This document shows, piece after piece, positions 27,340-36,617 of a stretch of DNA of 64,000 nucleotides. A model generated the notes under the pieces. It had not been told where the DNA came from, made no database searches, and saw only the letters and a program-made list of their open reading frames with translations. The translations under genes were made by a program, and so were the position numbers. The stretch's first letter is position 1, and each line of letters starts with the position of its first letter. Source of the DNA: Candidatus Nomurabacteria bacterium RIFCSPLOWO2_01_FULL_39_18. GTDB lineage: Bacteria > Patescibacteriota > Minisyncoccia > Phycocordibacterales > UBA9973. The stretch is from contig MFUV01000006.1 in assembly GCA_001787005.1 (NCBI GenBank), forward strand, positions 16,197 through 80,196, in the 5' to 3' direction.

Positions 27340-28995
27340 ATGAACCAAGAGACTAAAAACTGTATTGATTGCAAAAATGAATTTGAAATAGATTCCGGTG
27401 ATTTGGTTTTGTATGAAAAAATTGGCTTAAAAATTCCGGAGCAGTGCTTCTTTTGTCGGATAAAACAGTATTCTGCTTTTTGGGTTTTTGGAAAATTCAG
27501 GAAGGGGGTCTCAAATTTATCAGGAGAAAGTTTGATTACTGTTTTGCCCTCTAGTCCGAGATATCCTATTTACACATCACATGAATGGTGGGGAGATGCG
27601 TGGGACCCGATGACTTTTGGGCAAGATTATAATTCATCTAGACCCTTTTTTGACCAATTAAAAGAACTTCAAGAAAAAATTCCCCGACCACACCAAGTTA
27701 GTTCAAAGAGTACCAACTGCGACTGGTGTGACGATTCTTGGGATTCAAAGAATTGTTATCTTTGCAGGTCTATTTTAAAATGTGAAAATACAAGTTATGG
27801 TTATCGGATTATAGAAACGAAAGATTCTTTTGATATAGTTTATTCTTTTAATTTACAAAATTCTTACAATTGTTTATTGTGTTACAATTCTTTCAATTTA
27901 AATTTTTCAGAGAATTCCAAAGATTGCATAGACTCGTATTTTCTTTTCGATTGTCGAAATTGTCAGAATTGCTTTATGTGCTGGAATTTACGCAATAAAC
28001 AGTATTGTATTCGAAATAAGCAGTACACAAAAGAAGCATATGAACAAGAACTTAAAAATATTAAATTAGATTCTTATGAAAATGTTGAAAATCTAAAGAA
28101 TGAACTTGAAAATATGTTAAAAAACGAAGCTGTGCATCGCGAGAATTTTAATTTGAAAACTACCAATTCTATTGGGAATTACATGACTAATTGCGACAAG
28201 TGTGTAAATGTTTTTTCTTGGGAAAATTCACAAAATTCACGCAATTCATTAAGGGGTTTAAATACCAAAGATTGTATAGATCAATTAGGTTGTTGGAATA
28301 ATGAAATTTCAGGAGACAATAGCTGTGTCACGGGTGGTTACGAAATAAAGCATTCGTCTTGGTCTGACGGCCGATATTCAGAGTACATCGATCTGTGTAT
28401 TGAAGTTGAACATTGCTTTGGTTGTGTCGGTCTTCGTAAAAAGAAATATTGTATCCTGAATAAACAATATGAGAAAGAAGAATATGAAATTCTGAAAGAT
28501 AAAATTATAAAGGATATGGAAAAAAGGGGAGAATATGGAAAATACTTACCATATTCTATGGGTATATGTGATTATAATTTGTCTAATGGTTTTGTTTATT
28601 TTCCCCAAACTACTAAAGAAGAAATAATAAAAAAAGGTGGCTACTGGTCAGAAGAAAACTTGTCTTCTAAGGATGGGATTTCTTCCGCAAAGCTTCCGGA
28701 TAGTATTCTAGACACAAAACCAGAAATTACTTCACAAGCTCTTATCTGTCCGGAAACTCACTACAGATTTAACATCTCACAAGATGAGTATGAATTTCAC
28801 AAAAATAAAAATTTTGCTTTACCCCGAATACATTTTGATTTAAGAATATTAAAAAAAGTAAAGAAAATTACCGCACTTAGGGGTTATCCCTACCAATGTA
28901 TTTATTGCTCAAAAAACATCAATGCCTATTATCCGCCAGAATGGGGATACCAAAAAATCGCCTGCGAAGATTGTTATAAAAAAAATATCGCCTAA
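27340..28995 (+). CDS. Cys-rich zinc-ribbon/solenoid family protein, paralog 1
   Basis: N-terminal CxxC..CxxCR, WWGDAWD, CxNC repeats, CFGCVGL..KYCILNKQY, C-terminal CxxC...CxxC. Confidence 0.85.
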   Translation: MNQETKNCIDCKNEFEIDSGDLVLYEKIGLKIPEQCFFCRIKQYSAFWVFGKFRKGVSNLSGESLITVLPSSPRYPIYTSHEWWGDAWDPMTFGQDYNSSRPFFDQLKELQEKIPRPHQVSSKSTNCDWCDDSWDSKNCYLCRSILKCENTSYGYRIIETKDSFDIVYSFNLQNSYNCLLCYNSFNLNFSENSKDCIDSYFLFDCRNCQNCFMCWNLRNKQYCIRNKQYTKEAYEQELKNIKLDSYENVENLKNELENMLKNEAVHRENFNLKTTNSIGNYMTNCDKCVNVFSWENSQNSRNSLRGLNTKDCIDQLGCWNNEISGDNSCVTGGYEIKHSSWSDGRYSEYIDLCIEVEHCFGCVGLRKKKYCILNKQYEKEEYEILKDKIIKDMEKRGEYGKYLPYSMGICDYNLSNGFVYFPQTTKEEIIKKGGYWSEENLSSKDGISSAKLPDSILDTKPEITSQALICPETHYRFNISQDEYEFHKNKNFALPRIHFDLRILKKVKKITALRGYPYQCIYCSKNINAYYPPEWGYQKIACEDCYKKNIA

Positions 28996-29008
28996 AAATT
29001 AAAAAAGC

Positions 29009-29050
29009 ATAATAGTACAATAAACGCTACCGCTACCATTGTACTATTAT
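29009..29050. repeat. REP-like hairpin, family R3
   Basis: ataatagtacaat-aaacgctaccgctacc-attgtactattat. Confidence 0.75.
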
Positions 29051-29084
29051 TGTTTTTTTTATTATAAAATGATAAAATATTTTC

Positions 29085-30794
29085 ATGAATAGAGAAACTC
29101 ATAAATGTCAAAACTGCAAAAAAGATTTCATCATCGAGCCGGACGATTTTTCTTTTTATGAAAAAATAAAAGTTCCTCCGCCGACTTTTTGCCCGGAGTG
29201 CCGCATGATCCGACGTTTGTACTGGCGTAATGAACATTCTCTCTTTCGTAGACCCAACAGCACCCCAGGGTTCTCAGGGGAACACATTTCTATCTATCAT
29301 CCAGATGCGAAAATTACTTCTTATGATAAAGAAATGTGGTGGAGTGACAAATGGGACCCTTGCGACTATGGCGCGGATTATGATTTCGACAGACCATTTT
29401 TTGAACAATTCAAGGAGCTTTTAGAGAGGGTTCCGCATGTATCGTTTTTTGAGGGTAAATCAATAAATGCAAAATTTTGTAACTATGTTGTTGAGTTGAA
29501 AAATTGTTATTTAGTGACTGCTACTTGGAGATGCGAGGATTCAATGTATGGCAATCGTCTTTTTGAATGTAAATTTACCCACGATTCCTACATTTGTTCT
29601 CATACTGAATTTTGTTATGAAAATGTATATTGTAGCGACTCAAACCGACTATTTTTCTCCAGAGAAAGCGAGAATTGTTTGGATTCTTACTTTTTATATG
29701 ACTGTCGCAATTGCTCTAATTGCATTTTGAGTACAAACTTAAGAAACAAAAGTTACTGCATAGAGAATGTACAATACTCAAAAGAAGAATATTTTAAAAA
29801 GAAAAAAGAATTAGAGTTGAATACTAGATCAGGCATTAAAAAAGCAAATAAAAAATTTGAAAAACTATGGCAGAATGCATTCCATAAACACCTCAAGCTC
29901 ATTAACACCAATAATGTGGTCGGAGATCATGTTTCTAATTCACGCAATGCATACTACATTTTTGATTTCAGAGACGATGCGGAAAATGTGAAATATGCGC
30001 ATTGGGGTAATGGAGGATTAAAAGATTCCTATGATACAGGTCCGGGCTGTGGATATAAATCAGAAATGGGTTATGAAGGTGTGAGTACTGGTGATAAAAA
30101 TTATAAAACTTACTTTTGTGTCACGGTGTGGTATTCGAGGGATATCTACTATAGCCTTATGCTGAGTGATTGCCATGATTGCTTCGGGTGTGCCGAAATG
30201 CACAACAAGCAGTATTGTATTTTGAATAAGCAGTATACTAAAGAAGAATATCAAAATTTGTTACCTAGAATAATCAAACACATGAAGGAAATGCCATATG
30301 TTGACAAGGTGGGCAGGTCATATGAATTTGGAGAATTTTTTCCGGGAGAATTATCCCCGTTCGCTTATAATGAAACTGTAGCTCAAGATTATTTTCCAAT
30401 TGGGAAAGAAGATGCAGAATCAAGAGGATATTTATGGCGTGAATATATTCCCAATACTTACAAGACTACCGTAAAAGGGAACGAACTCCCCCAAACGATT
30501 TCCGAAGTTGATGATTCCATTCTTCATCAAGTAATTGAATGCGAAATAACTAAAAAGCCTTTTAAAATTACAGAACAAGAGTTGAGTTTTTATAGGAGGT
30601 TGGATTTGCCATTACCCTCTACTCATCCTGATGAACGACATAATCAAAGATTGAAATTAAGAAATCCGATGACTCTAAGGAAAAGGATGTGTTATTTTGG
30701 CGATAAAGAAGTTGATACAACTTATTTATTGGAAGAAGAAGGTGGTCCTCAAAAAGTAGTTTGCACAGAACATTATAATAAAGAGGTATATTAA
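29085..30794 (+). CDS. Cys-rich family protein, paralog 2
   Basis: CQNCKKDFIIEPDD..PPPTFCPECR; SPFAYNETVAQ; ends KEVY. Confidence 0.85.
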   Translation: MNRETHKCQNCKKDFIIEPDDFSFYEKIKVPPPTFCPECRMIRRLYWRNEHSLFRRPNSTPGFSGEHISIYHPDAKITSYDKEMWWSDKWDPCDYGADYDFDRPFFEQFKELLERVPHVSFFEGKSINAKFCNYVVELKNCYLVTATWRCEDSMYGNRLFECKFTHDSYICSHTEFCYENVYCSDSNRLFFSRESENCLDSYFLYDCRNCSNCILSTNLRNKSYCIENVQYSKEEYFKKKKELELNTRSGIKKANKKFEKLWQNAFHKHLKLINTNNVVGDHVSNSRNAYYIFDFRDDAENVKYAHWGNGGLKDSYDTGPGCGYKSEMGYEGVSTGDKNYKTYFCVTVWYSRDIYYSLMLSDCHDCFGCAEMHNKQYCILNKQYTKEEYQNLLPRIIKHMKEMPYVDKVGRSYEFGEFFPGELSPFAYNETVAQDYFPIGKEDAESRGYLWREYIPNTYKTTVKGNELPQTISEVDDSILHQVIECEITKKPFKITEQELSFYRRLDLPLPSTHPDERHNQRLKLRNPMTLRKRMCYFGDKEVDTTYLLEEEGGPQKVVCTEHYNKEVY

Positions 30795-30827
30795 AAATGA
30801 CATTATGTCATTTTACAAAATGTTAGA

Positions 30828-32553
30828 ATGAATAATCAAAGCGAAAAAAGAATATGCCAGAATTGCAAAAAGGACTTCACCATCGAGCCGGATGATTTTG
30901 GATTTTATGGAAAATAAAAGTTCCACCACCGACGTTTTGTCCGGAATGCAGACTTCAGAGAAGATTTGCCTGGCGGAACGAGCGGGCGCTTTACAAGCGC
31001 AAATGTGACTTATGCAAGAAAGATATTATTGCCATGTACCATGATTCTGTTTCATTCCCAGTATATTGTAGGGAGTGTTGGTGGGGAGATGGATGGGATG
31101 CTTCTTCTTACGCACGAGATTACGATTTTAATAAAAGTTTTTTTGAACAATTTAGTGAACTCTTAAAAGTTGTTCCGCGGCTCGCCCTTTTTCAAAGAAA
31201 TATAGTTAATTCAGATTATAGCAATATGGTTGTGGAATCAAAGAATGTTTATCTTTCTCATTCAGTAACCCAAAAATCTGAAAATGTTTTTTATTCGAAA
31301 AGCGTTGATGCCTCTCGAGACATATTTGATTCTCTGAATATTATTAACGGGTCGGAAAATTTATATGAAAATGTCGAGGCGCAGGGGAATTATAATTCGC
31401 AATACCTTTTACTCTGTCGTGGTGTGCTTGACTCTTATTATTGTGTGGATTGCATCAATTGTAGCAGTTGTTTTATGTCTTACAATTTGCGTAATAAACA
31501 GTTTAATATTCGCAATAAGCAATATACACGAGAAGGATATTTAAAAGAGCTTGAAAAATTAAATTTTAAAAGTCACCAAGCAAGGGAGGCTCTGCAGGGG
31601 GAATTCGAGGAAATAAAGAAGAAAGCTATTTATCGTTTCGGCAACATTACAAAATGTGTAGATGTTACTGGTAATAATCTGCTTAATGTTAAGAACGCCA
31701 AGGATTGTTTCGAGATATATGAGGCAGAGAACTGTAAATTTTGTTACAGGGCTCTATATGTCAAAGACTGTATGGATTTTACTTTTGGTGGCTGGTCGGA
31801 ATTGTGTTATGAGTATGTTACCGGTTCCATAAACAATTACAATGTTAAATTTTCCTCCAATGCTTTTAGTGTTCGTGATGCAGACTATGCTGATTATTGC
31901 ATGGACTGCAACAGTATTTTCGGATGTATTGGTCTCAAAAAGAAAGAAAATGCAATTTTGAATTGAATAGAGTTTATTCTAAAGAAGAATTTATAAAGTT
32001 AAGAGAAGAAATTATCAAGCAGATGAAAAAAATACCTTATGTGGATAAAAAAGGAAATGTTTATGAATACGGAGAATTTTATCCAACAGAGCTATCTACC
32101 TGGGCTTACAATGAAACCCTAGCACAGGAAATTTTCCCCTTAAGTAAAGAAAAAGCGGAGAAAAATGGTTATTCGTGGTGCGAACCAGCCGTAAAAAATT
32201 TCGATATAACTATGCCAGCAGAGAAAATTCCTGATAATATAGATAATGCAGGGGAGGAGATTCTGAAAGAAATTTTGGGTTGTGCGCACAAAGGGGACTG
32301 CGATCATCAATGTAGCACGGCTTTTCGATTAACTGACTATGAATTAAAATTTTATAAAAAACACGACATACCGCTTCCTATTCTTTGTTCCAACTGCCGT
32401 TATTACGAAAGAGTCAAAGTCATGCCCGCATTGAAACTTTGGCATCGAAAATGTATGAAAAGCGGATGTCCAAATGAATTCGAAACAGCGTACGCGCCAG
32501 AACGTCCGGAAATAATTTACTGTGAGAAGTGCTATCAGCAGGAAGTATATTAA
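30828..32553 (+). pseudogene. Cys-rich family paralog 3, broken by two frameshifts
   Basis: MNNQSEKRICQNCKKDFTIEPDD starts at 30828; one base missing near 30911-30914; 5-bp tandem duplication (ttgaa-ttgaa) near 31958-31967; pieces are ORFs 31034-31966 and 31897-32553. Confidence 0.85.
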
Positions 32554-32577
32554 AAAACAAAAACCATGATAACACCA

Positions 32578-32617
32578 TGATAACACAATAACAGCGGTAG
32601 CGTCCATTGTGTTATTA
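32578..32617. repeat. REP-like hairpin, family R3, inverted relative to 29009
   Basis: tgataacacaat-aacagcggtagcgtcc-attgtgttatta; loop contains the reverse complement of acgctaccgct. Confidence 0.75.
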
Positions 32618-32618
32618 T

Positions 32619-33125
32619 CTAGTTCTTAAAACTTTCAAAAAATATTTTCTTCGATATTTCGTCAATGTTGTTTGTGGTAAAAATTACCATCTCTGTTGTG
32701 AGTCCGAGATCCCTTTTTATATTTGTGAAAAGATATTCGTAAGGGTAAGGAGAAATCCAAGCGGAATTTTTAAGACAAACAAAACCAGCTTTTTTCAGAA
32801 GATAGCGCAGAGACTCACGTTCACTTTTTCTCTCTTCTGGTAAGTCGAGCAGAATTATTCTCCAGAATCCGTCCCAAGCTTGGGGGACTAGCGCATCTTC
32901 GCTTCCAAGTGTCATTGTGTTTAATCTACTTTTTCCATGAGCTGTGATTTTGGCATAATTTTGCCTTTCCGTTTTGTGAATCTCGGCGTAGCCACCTTCT
33001 ACCAAGTTTTTGAGCGCGCGAGATATAGCATAGGAGGTTTTTATGTCCCCATCCTTTAATTCTTCGACAGAGATTGCAGGTTTTTCGGAAAGTTTTTTGA
33101 GTATTTTCCTCGAATGACTTGACAT
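32619..33125 (-). CDS. PaaX-like transcriptional regulator
   Basis: wHTH plus WDGFWRIILLDLPE..R..LR..L..GF..L.NSAWISPY. Confidence 0.8.
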   Translation of the reverse strand: MSSHSRKILKKLSEKPAISVEELKDGDIKTSYAISRALKNLVEGGYAEIHKTERQNYAKITAHGKSRLNTMTLGSEDALVPQAWDGFWRIILLDLPEERKSERESLRYLLKKAGFVCLKNSAWISPYPYEYLFTNIKRDLGLTTEMVIFTTNNIDEISKKIFFESFKN

Positions 33126-33223
33126 ACTTATAGCCTATCATATATACTCTCATTATACAAGTTTTTAGCGGTCGCAAATTAAATGTTCAAAAAATTATTA
33201 GTATAAAATAACCATATAAAACA

Positions 33224-35161
33224 ATGTCAAAAATCATAGGTATAGATTTGGGTACAACAAATTCAGCAGTAGCCGTCATAGAAGGAGGCGCACCGAAGAT
33301 TATAGAAAATGCAGAGGGAAATCGTACGACCCCCTCTGTGGTTTCGGTCGCCAAGAATGGCGACAGGCTTGTCGGACTTCTTGCTAAAAGGCAGGCAGTT
33401 ACCAACCCGGAAAATACAATTTACGGGATCAAGCGTTTCATGGGTCATAATTTTGAAGACCCGGAGGTGCAGAAAGATTTGAAAAATGCGTCATTCAAAG
33501 TTCAGAAAGGAGCCACCGGCGGAGTGGAAGTAAAAATTGGTGATAAATGGATGCGCCCAGAAGAAATCTCCGCGATGATTCTGTCAAAAATAAAATCTGA
33601 TGTGGAAGCGAAATTGGGAGTGAAAATTACTGAAGCGGTCATAACTGTGCCGGCATACTTCAACGATGCGCAAAGAAAAGCAACCAAAGATGCGGGGCAA
33701 ATTGCCGGGCTTGATGTGAAGCGTATCATCAATGAGCCGACAGCCGCCGCTCTCGCCTATGGATTCAATAAAAAGAAAAATGAAAAGATCGTAGTGTTTG
33801 ATTTCGGCGGGGGAACATTTGATGTGTCTGTGCTCGAGATTGGTGATGATGTAGTTGAAGTTAAGTCCACTGATGGCGACAGCCACCTCGGAGGCCGCGA
33901 TATTGATCACAAGATAATCAACTGGATTGCAGAAGAATTTAAAAAAACTTCTGGCGTGGATGTGCGTTCTGACAAGCTTGCTCTACAACGTCTGGACGAA
34001 GCGGCAGAAAAAGCGAAAATCGAGCTCTCAACCGCCATTGAAACAGAAATTAATATTCCATTCATCACTTCTACGGCGCAAGGCCCGCAACACTTACTTC
34101 TTAAAATGACTCGAGCCCAGCTCGAATCTATCGCTGATGAATATATAGCTCGTTCGATAGAGATAACGAAGCGCGCGATGGCTTCTTCTGGTTTTAAGAT
34201 TGAAGATATGAATGAAATAGTGATGGTGGGTGGGCAGACCAGAATGCCGAAGATCGTTGAGGAAGTGAAAAAGGTTTTCAATAAGACCCCAAACTTAACT
34301 ATCAACCCGGATGAAGTCGTGGCTCTCGGCGCCGCTGTGCAGGCGGGGGTATTGCAAGGAGATGTGCGAGATGTTCTACTCCTTGACGTGATACCACTTT
34401 CGCTTGGCATTGAGACATTGGGCGGAGTGGCCACTAAATTAGTTGAAAGAAATACGACTATTCCTTCAAATAAGTCGCAAGTGTTTTCTACTGCGGCTGA
34501 CAACCAGACTTCCGTAGAAATTCACATTACTCAAGGCGAGCGTCCAATGGCGAGCGACAATAAATCTTTGGGACGATTTATACTAGATGGTGTACCACCA
34601 GCACCGAGGGGCATGCCCCAAATAGAAGTGTCCTTTGATGTGGATGCCAATGGAATTCTAAATGTTACGGCAAAAGACAAAGCCAGTGGCAAGACCCAGT
34701 CCATTAAAATTGAAGCAAGTTCAGGACTCAAAGAAGAAGATATTAAAAAGATGCAAGCCGACGCGGAGCTTCATGCTGAAGAAGACAAAAAGAAAAAAGA
34801 CGTTGTGGATACAAAAAATACCGCAGAGATGATTATTTACACTGCTGAGAAAGCGCTGAAGGACAACGAAGCGAAAATTCCGGCAGAATTAAAAGATAAC
34901 GTGAATGCTAAGATCACAGCACTGCGAACCGCAAAAGACCTGCCTGCGCAGGCAGGTGGCACGGATTCAGATGCAATCAAAAAAGCGACCGAGGAACTTT
35001 CAACCGAAATGTCTAAAATTGGAGAAGCGATTCAGAAAAATTCACCCGAATCCGCAGGAGGCGGGCAGGCCAAGGCTCCCGAAGAACAGCCGACAGAAGT
35101 CAAAGACGCAGAATTCAAAGAAAAAAAAGAAGGGGAAGAAGGTGAATCTCCAAAAGCGTAA
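33224..35161 (+). CDS. dnaK: Chaperone DnaK
   Basis: [39 protein letters not shown]. Confidence 0.98.
   Translation: MSKIIGIDLGTTNSAVAVIEGGAPKIIENAEGNRTTPSVVSVAKNGDRLVGLLAKRQAVTNPENTIYGIKRFMGHNFEDPEVQKDLKNASFKVQKGATGGVEVKIGDKWMRPEEISAMILSKIKSDVEAKLGVKITEAVITVPAYFNDAQRKATKDAGQIAGLDVKRIINEPTAAALAYGFNKKKNEKIVVFDFGGGTFDVSVLEIGDDVVEVKSTDGDSHLGGRDIDHKIINWIAEEFKKTSGVDVRSDKLALQRLDEAAEKAKIELSTAIETEINIPFITSTAQGPQHLLLKMTRAQLESIADEYIARSIEITKRAMASSGFKIEDMNEIVMVGGQTRMPKIVEEVKKVFNKTPNLTINPDEVVALGAAVQAGVLQGDVRDVLLLDVIPLSLGIETLGGVATKLVERNTTIPSNKSQVFSTAADNQTSVEIHITQGERPMASDNKSLGRFILDGVPPAPRGMPQIEVSFDVDANGILNVTAKDKASGKTQSIKIEASSGLKEEDIKKMQADAELHAEEDKKKKDVVDTKNTAEMIIYTAEKALKDNEAKIPAELKDNVNAKITALRTAKDLPAQAGGTDSDAIKKATEELSTEMSKIGEAIQKNSPESAGGGQAKAPEEQPTEVKDAEFKEKKEGEEGESPKA
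34938..34957. repeat. In-frame LPAQAG palindrome in dnaK
   Basis: Perfect palindrome acctgcctgcgcaggcaggt. Confidence 0.88.
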
Positions 35162-35180
35162 TTAAAAATAAAAAAATATC

Positions 35181-35798
35181 ATGGACTACAACACACTAGC
35201 TACAAAAGAATCTATAGAAAAAGTTGTCGAGGCACTTAGTGCAAGGAATGTTGAAGCACTAGTGGTAGAGTCTGGCAGTGATGCGCTTCTTAAAATAAAA
35301 GAGCTTATCCCGCAGGGCGCATCGGTTATGAACGGAGCCTCGGTTACGCTCGAGCAGATTGGCTTCGTAGATTATCTTAAAGGGGGAGAGCATGGTTGGA
35401 ACAATCTACATGAGGGAATAATTGCAGAAAAAGATTCTGCTAAGCAAGCACAACTGAGGAAGCTTGGCGTGCTGTCTGATTATTATCTGGGCAGTGTACA
35501 TGCACTCGCAGAGACGGGTCAGTTCGTTATTGCGTCCAATACCGGCAGCCAATTGCCGCATGTAGTATATTCTTCCCGCAACCTTATTTTCGTAGTGAGC
35601 ACCAAGAAAATTGTCCCGACTTTGCCGGATGCTATGACTCGCCTCATGGAGCATGTGATACCGCTCGAAGAAAAACACATGCAAGAAAAATATGGCGTCG
35701 GCACGGCGCCGAACAAGATTGTTACTTGGAATGGCGAGAGCGCTTACAATGGCAGAAAAATAAAAATGATCTTAGTAAATGAAGATCTCGGGTTTTAG
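35181..35798 (+). CDS. LUD-domain (lactate utilization/YkgG-like) protein
   Basis: GASVTLEQIG, DYYLGSVHAL.E.G, GSQL, KIVPTL, EDLGF. Confidence 0.8.
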   Translation: MDYNTLATKESIEKVVEALSARNVEALVVESGSDALLKIKELIPQGASVMNGASVTLEQIGFVDYLKGGEHGWNNLHEGIIAEKDSAKQAQLRKLGVLSDYYLGSVHALAETGQFVIASNTGSQLPHVVYSSRNLIFVVSTKKIVPTLPDAMTRLMEHVIPLEEKHMQEKYGVGTAPNKIVTWNGESAYNGRKIKMILVNEDLGF

Positions 35799-35935
35799 AA
35801 TTTTTTTGTTATAAATCAGAAAACCACCAAAGAACGGGGTTCCATGGTGGTTGATTTTCTCACGAATTATTTTACTGTCCTCTGCGGACGAGACCCCGTG
35901 AGAATGGATCCCGCCCGCTTGCGTCGAGGTTTCTC

Positions 35936-36481
35936 CTACGCGACGACGCTCTGCTTCTGCATGATGCGCGATACGAGCGCAGGGGTCGGGAAGAACACGT
36001 CATCCTCTCCGTCTCGAACTTGCAGGAGCATCTCCCTCTCGACTAGTTCTTGGACGCCGACGAAGACATGCTGGGGTCCGAACATGAAGATCCCGCTGAA
36101 CGGGATCTCAGGGATCTCATGCATTTGCGCCACCGGTTTCGCAACGAAGAGCGCATAGATCCCGATCGTGAGAATGGAGAGGATGTAGTACTTCCACATC
36201 GCACGCTGGATGCGCTCGCGCTCGTTGAAGTTGTGCTCCTGCGCCTTTTCGGCGCGCTGACACAACTCGTAATCTCCCTGCATCATCTCGACAAGACGGT
36301 GCCAGCTCACGCCGACCCACTGGTCGAGTTGTAGAGAGAAAGAGAGGATGCGTGCCGCAGCCTCCTCCCGTTCTGCCTTTTCGAGCGTTGCTATCAGGCT
36401 GTACTTACCGACGCGAATTGCTCTGGGGGAGCAGGGCATCTCTCCCTCAACTTTAAATAATCCTCTTCCCACTAACTTCAT
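35936..36481 (-). CDS. Hypothetical single-TM protein in a GC-rich segment
   Basis: 181-aa ORF with a TM (YILSILTIGIYALFV); visibly higher GC than the flanks. Confidence 0.65.
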   Translation of the reverse strand: MKLVGRGLFKVEGEMPCSPRAIRVGKYSLIATLEKAEREEAAARILSFSLQLDQWVGVSWHRLVEMMQGDYELCQRAEKAQEHNFNERERIQRAMWKYYILSILTIGIYALFVAKPVAQMHEIPEIPFSGIFMFGPQHVFVGVQELVEREMLLQVRDGEDDVFFPTPALVSRIMQKQSVVA

Positions 36482-36617
36482 TTTTCTTTTCCTTTCTTGT
36501 CAAGGCGCCGGGGCCATCTAGATGTGGGCGGCGCGAACTTGTTCCTTATAAATATAGCACATTTTGAGTAAAAAGTCAATAGAACATAGGTATTTAGTTT
36601 GAAAAATCGAGCTAGTA

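Noticed and set aside
26640-33224. CIRCE (HrcA) operator before grpE or dnaK
   Set aside because: Only a ttagcggtc half-like site near 33165, with no matching inverted half.
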